Shown: piece after piece, positions 9,869-19,593 of the stretch | Layout of the letters: each line of letters begins with the position of its first letter | How positions within the stretch are numbered: position 1 is the first letter of the stretch | DNA from: Myxococcales bacterium | Lineage (GTDB): Bacteria > Myxococcota_A > Polyangia > Polyangiales > Polyangiaceae | Reading direction: 5' to 3' | Assembly (NCBI GenBank): GCA_016703425.1 | Contig: JADJCA010000011.1 | Location: 186,050 to 250,049, forward strand | DNA: 64,000 nucleotides | The notes under the pieces: generated by a model | What the model saw: the letters and a program-made list of their open reading frames with translations, nothing else | Databases searched by the model: none | Told to the model about the DNA's origin: nothing | Program-made: the position numbers and the translations under genes

Positions 9869-10459
9869 TCACCGCGCGGGGAACGCCGGTGGCCAAGCGG
9901 CGGCGGCGTCCGGCCCCACCGGCGTGCCGGGCCCGAGCCGCGCGATTCGCTCGCCCACGCGCATTACGGCGCCACGAAGCTCGGACACCACGTGCCCGGG
10001 CGGCAACTTTCCCAGATCGGCCTCCCAGACCGTAACGCGTTGAAGCTTGCCGCCACTGTCGCGATAGTCGACGAGCACGCTCACTTCATCGGGGATCCCC
10101 ATCCGCTCTGGCACCACGGCACCGGCGCTCGAGAGCCGCGTATGGATGGCCGCGAGGGTTGCGGCGTCGCTCGCCTCGAGCGTGACCTCCCACCGAAGCA
10201 AGCGGTCGGCCTTGAGCCGCTCGTAGAACACGCGGCCATCGCGCGCGAACGCGAGGCGTTCACCGTCGCCGTGAAAGAAGCTCAGGTTGTGCCACGCAAG
10301 GTCGGGGGCGGCGCTCATGGCTGGGGTGGGTTTGGCGACGCTCACGGTGGCCGCGGCGCTTGGCGCATCAACGCCCTTCGCTTCGCTCGGCGCCGTACGC
10401 TGGCACGCCGCGAGCACACAAGCGGTCGCCACTACGAAGGCCCGTCGAGCGCCGAGCAT
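9869..10459 (-). CDS. hypothetical lipoprotein
   Basis: MLGARRAFVVATACVLAACQRTAP lipobox signal. 196 aa. Confidence 0.5.
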   Translation of the reverse strand: MLGARRAFVVATACVLAACQRTAPSEAKGVDAPSAAATVSVAKPTPAMSAAPDLAWHNLSFFHGDGERLAFARDGRVFYERLKADRLLRWEVTLEASDAATLAAIHTRLSSAGAVVPERMGIPDEVSVLVDYRDSGGKLQRVTVWEADLGKLPPGHVVSELRGAVMRVGERIARLGPGTPVGPDAAAAWPPAFPAR

Positions 10460-10633
10460 GGAGGAATGTTGGCTCGCTTCAAACCGAGGAGCAACACTCA
10501 TGTCCCGCGGTAACTGAGCGTCGGCTGGAGCAGCACGGCCCGCAACGCAAGGGGCCTCGGGCAGCCCGACGCAAGACGAAAGCGCGCCGGCTCACGAGGA
10601 GCACGGCGCGCTTCGTTCAGCGTGACACTGCGC

Positions 10634-11584
10634 TCAGCCGCGCGGCATGTTCGCGAGGATTCCCGTCACCGTCTGGATGCCTTCGATGGCACCTTCGCAG
10701 GTCGTGAACGTTGTCGCACTCGAGGCCAGCTTCTTGGTGTCACCGGCTCCGGGAACGAGTTGCGCGATGTGGTAGCGATAGCCGGTCGTTTCGGCGGTCA
10801 AGACGAAGCTGTCGCTGATCCACGCCTCGACGCCGTTTTCGCCCATGGCGCGGCAGATCGTGCCCGCCGGAGAGCGCAGCGTCGCCGCCCGGTCGGCGGC
10901 GCCGATCTCGTGCGTGCCGAAGATCGCGTCGTTGAACGCGCCGTCGTCACCGTCCACGCGCGGGGATTGGAGAACGACCTTGCCGTTGCCGGCGACGAGC
11001 GAGAACGTCCGCGCCCTGTAGTCGGCGCGCCACGCACCGCGGTATTCGCTCATGAGGCCCGAGAGGTCTGCCGACGCGAGCGCCTTGCGAACCGAGTTGG
11101 TCACGCGCTTGACGTCGCCGTCTTTGACGTACGTCGTGCGGGCGAGGACGACGTTGTTGGCACCGGAGATGGTTAGGTACTGGCCGCCGGCCTCTTGGGC
11201 CCGCTTGAAGTTCTTGGCGTCAAGGCCAGCACGCAGCAGCGCGGCGGCGCCCTTCTGCGCGTCCTTCTCGGACGCGTACGGCTTGTCCGCGAACACGAAG
11301 ACTTGCCTCGACCCGCGCACGTCGACGGTCACGCCAAAGGTGAACCCTTCACCGCTCTCGGTCGGCTCGATCACCACGAAGGAACGAGCCGTGTCGAGGT
11401 CGCTTGGCTCCACGCAGCGTGACTGCTCGCGCGCGCCCCTCGGCGCCGTGGGCGGTCCGCAGCGGGTCGCAACCTCGCCGCCAATGACGGCGCCTTGGTC
11501 GACGTCCTCTTCCGACTGCGCGCCGGAGCACCCAACGACCAACGAGACAACGAAACCCGCGACGAGATAAGAAAGACCTTTCAT
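10634..11584 (-). CDS. hypothetical lipoprotein
   Basis: MKGLSYLVAGFVVSLVVGCSGAQ lipobox. Start at 11582-11584. 316 aa. Confidence 0.55.
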   Translation of the reverse strand: MKGLSYLVAGFVVSLVVGCSGAQSEEDVDQGAVIGGEVATRCGPPTAPRGAREQSRCVEPSDLDTARSFVVIEPTESGEGFTFGVTVDVRGSRQVFVFADKPYASEKDAQKGAAALLRAGLDAKNFKRAQEAGGQYLTISGANNVVLARTTYVKDGDVKRVTNSVRKALASADLSGLMSEYRGAWRADYRARTFSLVAGNGKVVLQSPRVDGDDGAFNDAIFGTHEIGAADRAATLRSPAGTICRAMGENGVEAWISDSFVLTAETTGYRYHIAQLVPGAGDTKKLASSATTFTTCEGAIEGIQTVTGILANMPRG

Positions 11585-11776
11585 GACCAGCCTCCAATGC
11601 GGGCTGGAGGGTGCACGGCGCGTGCCGGCGCCAATCACGGGGATCTTTATCGGCGCGCGTCGTCGCCTGCGCGAGCTGAGATCGCCTCATGAGTCACGAG
11701 GGCGCGTGGGAGCCTCAAGGTTGTTTCGGGGGCGGAGCCTCTTTCCTGGCCCGCCCAACTGAGCCATGGTGCACGC

Positions 11777-12250
11777 ATGGCCCTCGATGCGGAGTTCGTC
11801 GCCGACTGCCCCTATGCGCCCGACGGACTCCTGCTCGAGGAGATCGTGTCTGTCGAACGCGAGGCGGGCCGCGTTGTCGCGCGAATGCCCACTCACGACG
11901 AGCTTCCGCTGACGCGAACGCAACGCGCCGACCCGGTCTTTCATCCGCGCCACGTCTCCGGCGGATTGATGGTCCACATGACCGGCATGATGGGCTTCGT
12001 TCACGCGTACTACGTGCTCGACCTGCGCCACCGCGCCGGCTGGATCGGCTACGGCGGCCGCATCCACGGCGCGCGGTTCAAGGCCCTCGCGAAGCCCGGC
12101 GAGCCCATGCTCCTCGAGTGCACACACAAGCAACTCCGGCAAACGCCGGAGAACGTGCTGGCGCGATACGACTTCCGCTTCACGCAAAGCGGCACGCTCG
12201 TCTACGAAGGCGACCAGACGGCGATGTGGATGAAGATCCCGGGGCGGTGA
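11777..12250 (+). CDS. hotdog-fold protein (FabZ/MaoC-like dehydratase or thioesterase fold)
   Basis: 157 aa. Resemblance to hotdog dehydratases is by overall pattern only; no catalytic residues assigned. Confidence 0.45.
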   Translation: MALDAEFVADCPYAPDGLLLEEIVSVEREAGRVVARMPTHDELPLTRTQRADPVFHPRHVSGGLMVHMTGMMGFVHAYYVLDLRHRAGWIGYGGRIHGARFKALAKPGEPMLLECTHKQLRQTPENVLARYDFRFTQSGTLVYEGDQTAMWMKIPGR

Positions 12251-12358
12251 AGTCGAGGGAGCGTTGGGCGGCGCCCTGTCTTGCCGCGTCCCGTGGCCGC
12301 GGGTAGACCCGGTTCTACCGCGCGACGACAGGCGTTGCGCGCTCCACAGGGGGATCCC

Positions 12359-12694
12359 ATGAAGAAGTTTCTCGTTCTCTACAAAGCGCCGAACTCCGCC
12401 TTCGAGCAAATGAAGAACTCCACGCCGGAGCAGCAGAAGGCCGGCATGGACGCGTGGATGGCCTGGAGCAAGAAGGCTCAAACGAACCTCGTCGATATGG
12501 GCGCACCGCTCGGCAAGAGCCTGCGCGTTACCCCCGGCGGCAGCTCGCCGTCGACCAACGACCTGGGTGGCTACTCGGTGATGCAAGCCGAGTCGAAGGA
12601 AGCGCTTGCTGAGACCATGAAGGGCCACCCGCACTTCATGATGCCCGACGGCGCCATCGAGATCGTCGAGATCATGCCGCTCCCCGGCATGTGA
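12359..12694 (+). CDS. hypothetical small protein (111 aa), possibly YciI/dimeric alpha-beta-barrel-like
   Basis: ATG at 12359 preceded by GGGGGA. MKKFLVLYKAPNSAFEQMKNSTPEQQKAGMDAWMAWSKK. Lys-containing, low Arg. Confidence 0.5.
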   Translation: MKKFLVLYKAPNSAFEQMKNSTPEQQKAGMDAWMAWSKKAQTNLVDMGAPLGKSLRVTPGGSSPSTNDLGGYSVMQAESKEALAETMKGHPHFMMPDGAIEIVEIMPLPGM

Positions 12695-12843
12695 GGCCCC
12701 GGCCTTTGCGCCGCGGCATGTGACGTGGGCGCCGAGCCACGTTCGCGAGACTTCTAGTCAACGCGAACGTGGCGGACGCGCCATCGACCGACGGGGGGGC
12801 CGGACTGCAATAACGCGGCCGCCCTCGACGCGCGACGTTGCGC

Positions 12844-13199
12844 TCAGATGTCGATGAAGGTGTCGCTCGCGACGTTCGAGCAGGTCTGGCTGCCGCCGAG
12901 CCCTACAGCGATGCAGAAGCAGTAGGAATCGCACCATCCGCGGCTCAGGTGGTCTTTCCTGCAGCTCGACATGCAAGCGTTGTAGACGCACATCCGGTCG
13001 CACTTGGGCTTCTCGGCCACGGTGCCGGTGGACGTGTCAGTGCTCCCAGCACCGTCCCCCGAGATCGCCTGTTCGTTGACCGTTGCCTCTTCCGTTGCCG
13101 GCACATCGCCCGCTTCGACGTTGGCCGAACATCCGGTGGCGGCGAGCAGAGCGAGCGTGGCGAAGGCGATGGCGCTGGTGAGACCGTTGCGGAGGGACA
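12844..13199 (-). CDS. small Cys-rich lipoprotein (118 aa, 8 Cys within the last 50 aa)
   Basis: MSLRNGLTSAIAFATLALLAATGCSANV lipobox. C-terminus CDRMCVYNACMSSCRKDHLSRGWCDSYCFCIAVG. Confidence 0.45.
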
Positions 13200-13341
13200 T
13201 GACGGGATCCTTTCGAGGGTGTGACCCGCCAATGAGCAATGCGAGTGCCATCGCTGGCGCCGCCGCGGCCTGCGCCTCCGCCCGCCGCGTCAATGGCGCG
13301 AGCGCGGCTGGCGCGCGCGCGCGCTCACGCATGGAGTCCGC

Positions 13342-14117
13342 CTATGGAGTCAGCGTGTTCATGGTGAACCACGCGATGGGATCGGCGTTCGTCGGCGCCA
13401 CGTTCCCGAGCATCAGGACGATGTGATAGACGGCTCCGACGCCGCTCGCGTGGACCTTGCCGAGGTAGGTGGCCTTCCCGCCAGAGGGCGGGAACTTGAG
13501 CGACTTGATCGCGTACTTGTTGTCCGTGGGGTGCTTGACGAGCTCCCACCCGCACGCCGCTTCCTGTCCGGGGTAAGGCGAAGGTGTCGGCAAGTCTTGG
13601 CCGCCAATGACGCCCAAAATGTAGCCCTTGTTCGTGCCCGTGTTCTCCACGGCGCAGAGCATGTTCACGGGCGAGTGCAGGCTCGTCCACCAGACGGGGT
13701 AACCGGTACCGTCGCCCGGCAGCGGCGTCTCGCTGCGACCCCAAAAAGTGTACTGGAGGGCCAGATTGGTGCGGTCGAGAGTGCCCATCTCCACAGCCGC
13801 CCGGTACTGACCTGATTGGATCCCACTCTCGAAGTCCTTGTCGATCCCATAGGGCTTCACCAGGGCCGTCGGAATCGCATCGAGTGGGAACTGGAGCCCC
13901 CCGAGGATGGGGCCGACGGGAGGTGGGGGCGGCGGCGCTGAGTCGGGCAAGACGTTGCTGGCGGTCCCGGCGTCGGACACGACCGCGCTGTCGAAGGTGC
14001 CGCTGTCCGTCGCGGGCTGACTCGTTTGGTTGTCGTCATCCTTGCACGCGACGAGGGCCAGAGACGTTAAGGCCGTCACGCACACCACCGCGCTCCGCAA
14101 ACCCCTCGAACGATCCA
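13342..14117 (-). CDS. hypothetical lipoprotein
   Basis: MDRSRGLRSAVVCVTALTSLALVACKDDD lipobox followed by a PPPPPP linker. 258 aa. Confidence 0.5.
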
Positions 14118-14340
14118 TGGCGCAGACTCTAGTCGGCAGCGTGGCTCGTGCCAATTCAACGAGAACCGTTGACGAGTCTGGGGCTCTTTGTGCGTGTTGC
14201 CCTCTCAGTTCCGTTTCGAAGCGCGTCAGCTCTACGAGCCGGACCTCGCACGTTCTCGACTCGCGGTGGAAGCAGGACTTGTTTGCCCGCCCACTCCAAG
14301 GCGTTTGCGCGAGCGCGATGCGCGTGCCACCCCAACCCGC

Positions 14341-14946
14341 GTGATTCGAACGACCCCAGCCGCGATTGCCTGTCTAGCGCTCGCCACGGGCTGTTCGTCC
14401 TTTTCACAGATCGCTGCGGGTCCGGTCATCGGCCGGGAGCGGAGCGACGGTTTCTCCGGGGGCGCCGTCTCGGTTCACCACGGGCTCGGCGGTCGCTTTC
14501 ACCACGACGGCTCGCCCTCGGCCACTGCGCGCCACTTTCTCATGCCCCTTGGCCTCGAGATGATGGCTCGCGTCGCCGTCACAACGCGGCTCACCTCCGT
14601 GGCCATTGGCGAGGGGTATTACCTCACGGGCGACGTCGGCAAGCACGTGGCCTTCGGTCGCGTCACCGGGCTCCTCTTGTGCAACGCCTCGGAGGCGCTG
14701 TTGTGCGGCGGCGGCGTCCGCGCGGAGGCCGCGTTTGGCTTCTCGCTCGGCGAAGAACAGGCCTTCGTCCCCGGCTATCTCGTTCACGAGCAGCGTCGCT
14801 ACCGGCGGTTCGTCACGGCGGGCGTCTTCGGTGAATACACCGGTGAGTTCACCCGACGCGCCGAGGTTCCCATGGCCGGCGTACTCGTGGGCTATGCCTT
14901 CGAATCGGTGCTGCTGGACTTCTCGCGAGGGCAGCTCCTTCGGTAG
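14341..14946 (+). CDS. hypothetical lipoprotein (GTG start)
   Basis: In-frame GTG at 14341 gives (M)IRTTPAAIACLALATGCSSF lipobox. The upstream part of the track ORF lacks any signal peptide. Confidence 0.45.
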   Translation: MIRTTPAAIACLALATGCSSFSQIAAGPVIGRERSDGFSGGAVSVHHGLGGRFHHDGSPSATARHFLMPLGLEMMARVAVTTRLTSVAIGEGYYLTGDVGKHVAFGRVTGLLLCNASEALLCGGGVRAEAAFGFSLGEEQAFVPGYLVHEQRRYRRFVTAGVFGEYTGEFTRRAEVPMAGVLVGYAFESVLLDFSRGQLLR

Positions 14947-15011
14947 CGCCCTGCCCCGAAGCCCGTGCCCGACGCATCCCGCAACCAAGCCCGTGCGACG
15001 AGAGCGGGAAG

Positions 15012-15458
15012 TCACTTCGTCGCCTGGTGCTCGGGCTCGCGGAACGCCGTGATGGGGTGCTCGCGCAGGAGAGCCGTGACTTCGTCCTCTTGGGGCTCGA
15101 AGACGCTCGCGTAGGGTTGGGGCGGGCGCCCGCCGAGCGCGCGGTAGACGACGAGGAGCGTGTAGCCACCAGTGACGAACGGCAAGAGCGGCACGTAGCG
15201 TAGCGCGAGGCGGTCACTGAGCAGCGTTGGGTAAGTCACGTTGAGCCAGATGCCCATGGCGAACGACGACGCGGCGACGACCAGCGCCGCGAGCCAAGAG
15301 ACGACGAGGGTGCGGCGCCGCGACCGCATCTTGCGGACGACGAGGGCCCATTCTTCTGCGATCTCGGGGTCGATGCGGGCGGCGAGACGGGGGCCACGGC
15401 GGGTGTCGAGGCCGGGGTCGATGCGCGGGTCACGGCGGGCGTGGACGGAGGGTGCCAT
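15012..15458 (-). CDS. hypothetical small membrane protein
   Basis: MAPSVHARRDPRIDPGLDTRRGPRLAARIDPEI, then two hydrophobic helices (LVVSWLAALVVAASSFAMGIWL, VPLLPFVTGGYTLLVVY). Confidence 0.35.
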   Translation of the reverse strand: MAPSVHARRDPRIDPGLDTRRGPRLAARIDPEIAEEWALVVRKMRSRRRTLVVSWLAALVVAASSFAMGIWLNVTYPTLLSDRLALRYVPLLPFVTGGYTLLVVYRALGGRPPQPYASVFEPQEDEVTALLREHPITAFREPEHQATK

Positions 15459-15548
15459 GAAGTCCCTATCGGCGAAGGGACGGGAGAAGTTGCGTGGGGC
15501 CTGGCGGCGCGGCGATTGGGCAGCCGACGGTGCTAGCCTCGACGCGTC

Positions 15549-16703
15549 GTGCGCCCCCTTTGCCCCATCGACATCGAGCGTGTCCGCGTTCGCGCTGAAC
15601 TGGACGCGTACGCCGTCCTCGAGCGCGAGGAGCGACAAACGAAGCTCACGTTCAAGCGGCAAGACAACGCCGAGCGGCGGCGGGGGCTGATGGCCGCCTC
15701 GCTCCTTCTGACCAAGTCCATGGCGTCCGAGGCGTACGAAGCGGCCGAGGAGGCTCTCCTCGCGCTTGGCATCGACGACGACATCGAGCTCTTTCAGACC
15801 TCAACGGGCGGCCACGACACCGCGCGCTTGGTGCTCTACGGCGACCCGCTCGGGGTGGAGTTTATCAACGGCTACCTCGGCCAACTGGATCGTGGTGCGC
15901 TGTTGGCGGTTCTCGGGCACGAGTTCGGGCACGCCGTAGCGCACGCCGGTCACGCGGAGCACGCGTGGACGGCCGCCGTTTCGTCGCATCGAAACGCTGC
16001 AAACAAGCGCGCCCACCAGCTCGCGAAGGAGTTCACGGCAGACCGCTTTGGACTGTTGGCGTGCCGCGACCTGGATGCCGCTTTGCGTCTCGAGATGCGG
16101 ACCATGGCAGGGCGATCGGCGGGAAGTATCGTGTTCGACACCACGAGCTACCTCGAGCAGAGTCGCACCGTCGTGGAAGACCTCTTGGCTCGAGGCGAAA
16201 CACTGAGCGGAAGTAGCCACCCCGAGCACTACGTGCGCGCCTACGCCGAGTGGCTATTCACGCAGAGCGACCTGTACGTAGACATCACGGGTCAAGGACC
16301 CGCGACGAGGAGCATGGAGGAGGTGGACTCCGTTCTTGGGGCACTCCTAGGCATTCGGCCGCGAGTGCCGGCCCCGTCGGTTGCGACTCAATCAACCATC
16401 ACACCACTCGCGGGTCCGACGACGGCCACCGCGATGACCGGAGCCACCACCGAGCACGAACGCGCGGGTCTGCTTACCGACGGTGCGCGCCAGACACTCT
16501 CCGCCGCCGGGAGTGCCATCTCGCACGTGGCCCGCGCGGTCGCCCCATCGCTGCACCGAGCGGCTGAGAGACTTCGTGGTGGTCTGAGTCCGGAGAACCA
16601 ACCTTCGCAGCCGGCCCCGAGAGAGGTAGACCCGCTCGAAGAAGACCGCCGGGCTCTCGAGGCTCGCTTCGAGCAACTCGAGCGTGAGTGGAAGGACAAG
16701 TAG
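15549..16703 (+). CDS. putative zinc metalloprotease (HExxH)
   Basis: LAVLGHEFGHAVAHAGH zincin motif. 384 aa. C-terminal region Thr/Ala-rich, then coiled-coil-like. Confidence 0.5.
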   Translation: MRPLCPIDIERVRVRAELDAYAVLEREERQTKLTFKRQDNAERRRGLMAASLLLTKSMASEAYEAAEEALLALGIDDDIELFQTSTGGHDTARLVLYGDPLGVEFINGYLGQLDRGALLAVLGHEFGHAVAHAGHAEHAWTAAVSSHRNAANKRAHQLAKEFTADRFGLLACRDLDAALRLEMRTMAGRSAGSIVFDTTSYLEQSRTVVEDLLARGETLSGSSHPEHYVRAYAEWLFTQSDLYVDITGQGPATRSMEEVDSVLGALLGIRPRVPAPSVATQSTITPLAGPTTATAMTGATTEHERAGLLTDGARQTLSAAGSAISHVARAVAPSLHRAAERLRGGLSPENQPSQPAPREVDPLEEDRRALEARFEQLEREWKDK

Positions 16704-16750
16704 CGGCGCTCGGATAGCGCGCGCTCCGCTTTCGGCTACGCTTTCTCGAC

Positions 16751-17209
16751 GTGACCACGCCGCACTGGACCACGGGCCCCGTGCCTTTCCTGTCGGACCG
16801 CGCTCGCCAGCGCGCGCCTCAGATCCTCGCGTACGCGGCCGTCACCGGCGCGGCGATGCTCATCTCTCCTGCCGGTGAGGTCGTGCTCTTTCACGGGAGC
16901 GCCGTCGACGTCGACGCGACGGCCTTGGCGCGGCGCGTAGCCCGTGCCGCCGCTCGGGGAGACGGTGAGGTCGCCACGTTGGCCTACGAGGGCGCGTGCG
17001 TCCACGCCACGGCGCTCACCATGGGGTGGACTCTCTGCGTAGTCTCAAACCTCGGTTCGGCGCCGCCGACCGTGCTCGATCGATTGCAGCGCGCTGGCAA
17101 GGCGATGCGGCTGGCGCTGCTCGATGTACCTCCGCCGAGCGGAGGGGGCTCCGCGAGCGGCTCCGGCGGCGCACCAGCGGAGATGGTGCTCTTCAAGCGA
17201 AGGAACTAG
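16751..17209 (+). CDS. Roadblock/LC7 (MglB-like) domain protein, GTG start
   Basis: 152 aa. ILAYAAVTGAAMLISPAGEVVLFHGS and GACVHATALTMGWTLCVVSN fit the Roadblock pattern loosely. Gly/Ser-rich tail. Confidence 0.4.
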   Translation: MTTPHWTTGPVPFLSDRARQRAPQILAYAAVTGAAMLISPAGEVVLFHGSAVDVDATALARRVARAAARGDGEVATLAYEGACVHATALTMGWTLCVVSNLGSAPPTVLDRLQRAGKAMRLALLDVPPPSGGGSASGSGGAPAEMVLFKRRN

Positions 17210-17223
17210 CGGGGCACCGTGCG

Positions 17224-18003
17224 TCACGCGCCTCCCATCAAGTGCTTCCACATCCTCCGTGCGGCCTCGCGAGCGTGCACAACGGTCACGTCAGTGCCCG
17301 CCGGCAGGTCGACGCCAGCGCCCGCAGCTTCGCCACGCTTTCGTACGGAGAGCAGCAGGGTCGCGACGTAACGCCCAGGAGCCGCCTTGTGCGAAGGCCA
17401 GCCGGCTGGCCGCGTCTTCTCGAGCGTCGGCACCGCAAGGTACTCGAACGCGTGCCCATCGCACTCGAACGCGGTCCACTGGACTTGCGCGACGGCGGCG
17501 TCATCCGCGTTGATGAGTGGGCGCTCGCGCACGGCCCTAGGAACTGCATCGCGTCGCTGATCTCGGATGGCTCTTGCGATGCCCGCCAGGCACCCGGGCT
17601 TACGGGCAGCAGCCAGGAGCGCGACCCTCAGAGCGGTCGGGTGCACCCGCGGAGCTTCCGCGACGATCGTTGTCGCTGCGAGTCTGATCGCCTCGCCGTG
17701 GCACCGCATTTCTTCGAATGCCACGGCCAAGTCGCGACCCGCTTGCGGCTCGTCTCCTAAGGCCCCCATCAGCTTTCCGACGGTTGCGTCGATGGACGTT
17801 GGCTCTGTGGATCGTTCGCTTGCAGGCACGACGAACCACGAAGCCAACATCGCATCGGAAGATAGGACAAGCAGGCGAGCCACATCCACCGCACACGGCG
17901 GGCAAACGAACGCGTCGCCCGGCGCGATCGCAAGAAGGCCCTCGAGACCGCCGCAGACGAAGCAGGCGTCCCTTCGGATCGCCGGGTCGACCGCGAGAAC
18001 CAT
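17224..18003 (-). CDS. protein with N-terminal ClpX-type C4 zinc finger
   Basis: CFVCGGLEGLLAIAPGDAFVCPPC matches the ClpX zinc-binding-domain spacing (compare CSFCGK..LIAGP.VYICDEC). Remaining 220 aa unassigned. Confidence 0.5.
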   Translation of the reverse strand: MVLAVDPAIRRDACFVCGGLEGLLAIAPGDAFVCPPCAVDVARLLVLSSDAMLASWFVVPASERSTEPTSIDATVGKLMGALGDEPQAGRDLAVAFEEMRCHGEAIRLAATTIVAEAPRVHPTALRVALLAAARKPGCLAGIARAIRDQRRDAVPRAVRERPLINADDAAVAQVQWTAFECDGHAFEYLAVPTLEKTRPAGWPSHKAAPGRYVATLLLSVRKRGEAAGAGVDLPAGTDVTVVHAREAARRMWKHLMGGA

Positions 18004-18098
18004 GCGTCAGTGTGACACGAGCGAGGTCGAGCGAAAGTGGCGGCGCGGCTGGCGCACGCTCCTCCGTCGGCCACGTCTCTCCGCGCACCCGTGAGGGT

Positions 18099-18422
18099 TC
18101 ACCGAGTACCAAACAGCCGGCGCTGGGCGTCATTGATGGCCGACGACACCACGGCCGCCTCGCGCTTCTCCGGGTACCACTCCTTGTAGCGCTGCAGCCC
18201 GTAGAGCAGCGTGCCGTGAATGCCCATCGCGTCGGCCTTCCGGATCGGACGCTCCCAGATCGCTTGAAGCACGCGCAGGATCTCGGGCGTCTCCGGAAGG
18301 TCTTCGGAGTACTCCATGTCCTGGCCATCGCCTGGAAAGAGCAGGGCGAACTCGGGCTCGGTCGCCTGGAAGATGCTGAACGTCGCGTTCTGGGCGCCGT
18401 CGATGACCTGGATGTTCTTCAT
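18099..18422 (-). CDS. hypothetical small protein (107 aa)
   Basis: MKNIQVIDGAQNATFSIFQATEPEFALLFPGDGQDMEYSEDLPE. Acidic, Lys-containing and protein-like. Confidence 0.45.
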   Translation of the reverse strand: MKNIQVIDGAQNATFSIFQATEPEFALLFPGDGQDMEYSEDLPETPEILRVLQAIWERPIRKADAMGIHGTLLYGLQRYKEWYPEKREAAVVSSAINDAQRRLFGTR

Positions 18423-18525
18423 CGCTCTCGGCGACCGATACCACGAGCTTCTGTTTCGGCGGCGGTTCCGGTGTTGCACTCAGAGGCGCCACGGACACCG
18501 CGGGAGCTGACGTACGCTGCGCCGA

Positions 18526-19557
18526 ATGTTCCGCCACCTCGCGCTCGTACTTCCGCTACTCGGGTGCAATGCGTCGTCATCCTCCGTCGTGCGTATTGAG
18601 GCAGCATCGATGTCAGTTGACGGCGCGCGAGTGGACCTCGCAGAGCTCCAACGAGCGGTCCGAGAGAAGGCAGGCGCACCAATTCAGCTCTTCACGGCTC
18701 CTGGGGTCTCAAACTCGCGGGTCACGCACGCACTCTTTGCTGCGGCCTTCGCTGGCGTACGCGACGTGGATTTCGAGTTCGACGGCAGCAGGTTCTCCGG
18801 CCGGTTCGACGACACGGGCGCGTCGACCCGCAGCGCGGGCACAGCGCTCTATCTGACCCTGTCCGACAGCATTCGGCTCACCTGGCAGAGCCGCAGTGCC
18901 TGCAGCATCGTTCCGGAGTCCACGTCCGTCCCGCTCACCTCCACTCGACAAGAACTGCAGGACGCGCTTGCGGGGCGATGCGCAGGCGGCGCTGGCCGTT
19001 GCTTCGACTACATCGTCCTCGACGCGGCGCCAGATGTGCCCTTCGAACGAAGCGCCCGCGCTCTCGTAGCCGCAGCGCCGTTCGGGGCGGGAACGCGCTT
19101 GCCCTTTCGGCTTGGAACACCGGTCATGCGCGCGGTCGGTGTCCCGATGAAGCGGGAGCCCCCCGTGGTTCCTCCGCGGCTCGCCATCGACCGCCTCTGC
19201 GAGCAACCGATCGCATGGCTCGGCGTCGACGAGATCGTCAAGGCCCTCGAAGATCGACGCGCCGACCTAGGAGCTTGCTTCGCGGGCCGCCCTTCAGCGG
19301 AGGCCACCTACGTCAGCCTCGCGCTCACGGTGCGGACCGACGGGCGCTCCACGGACATCGTCACAGACACGCGGGAGCTGCTCACGCGTGCCGCGGACGG
19401 CGGCACGGCGCCGACCGCCCTAACGGACGCTGCGACCCTCTCCTGCGTCATCGACGTTCACCGGACGCTCACCTTCCCTAAACACGGCGGACCGCCCCTC
19501 CGAATCATGTACCCCCTCATCCGCGAGGCCTCCTACGGGAAGGCCGCCGCCCCGTGA
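18526..19557 (+). CDS. hypothetical lipoprotein
   Basis: MFRHLALVLPLLGCNASSSS lipobox. 343 aa. Confidence 0.5.
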   Translation: MFRHLALVLPLLGCNASSSSVVRIEAASMSVDGARVDLAELQRAVREKAGAPIQLFTAPGVSNSRVTHALFAAAFAGVRDVDFEFDGSRFSGRFDDTGASTRSAGTALYLTLSDSIRLTWQSRSACSIVPESTSVPLTSTRQELQDALAGRCAGGAGRCFDYIVLDAAPDVPFERSARALVAAAPFGAGTRLPFRLGTPVMRAVGVPMKREPPVVPPRLAIDRLCEQPIAWLGVDEIVKALEDRRADLGACFAGRPSAEATYVSLALTVRTDGRSTDIVTDTRELLTRAADGGTAPTALTDAATLSCVIDVHRTLTFPKHGGPPLRIMYPLIREASYGKAAAP

Positions 19558-19593
19558 GTCCGCTCCAGCGCCGCCTCCCCCTTCTCGCCAGCC

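Noticed and set aside
11687-12634. 315-aa minus-strand ORF
   Set aside because: Antisense to the hotdog and small-protein genes. Arg/Leu-rich.
17600-18599. ORFs 17600-18328 (-) and 17718-18599 (+)
   Set aside because: Alternative frames over the ClpX-zinc-finger protein gene and the small acidic gene. Arg-rich.
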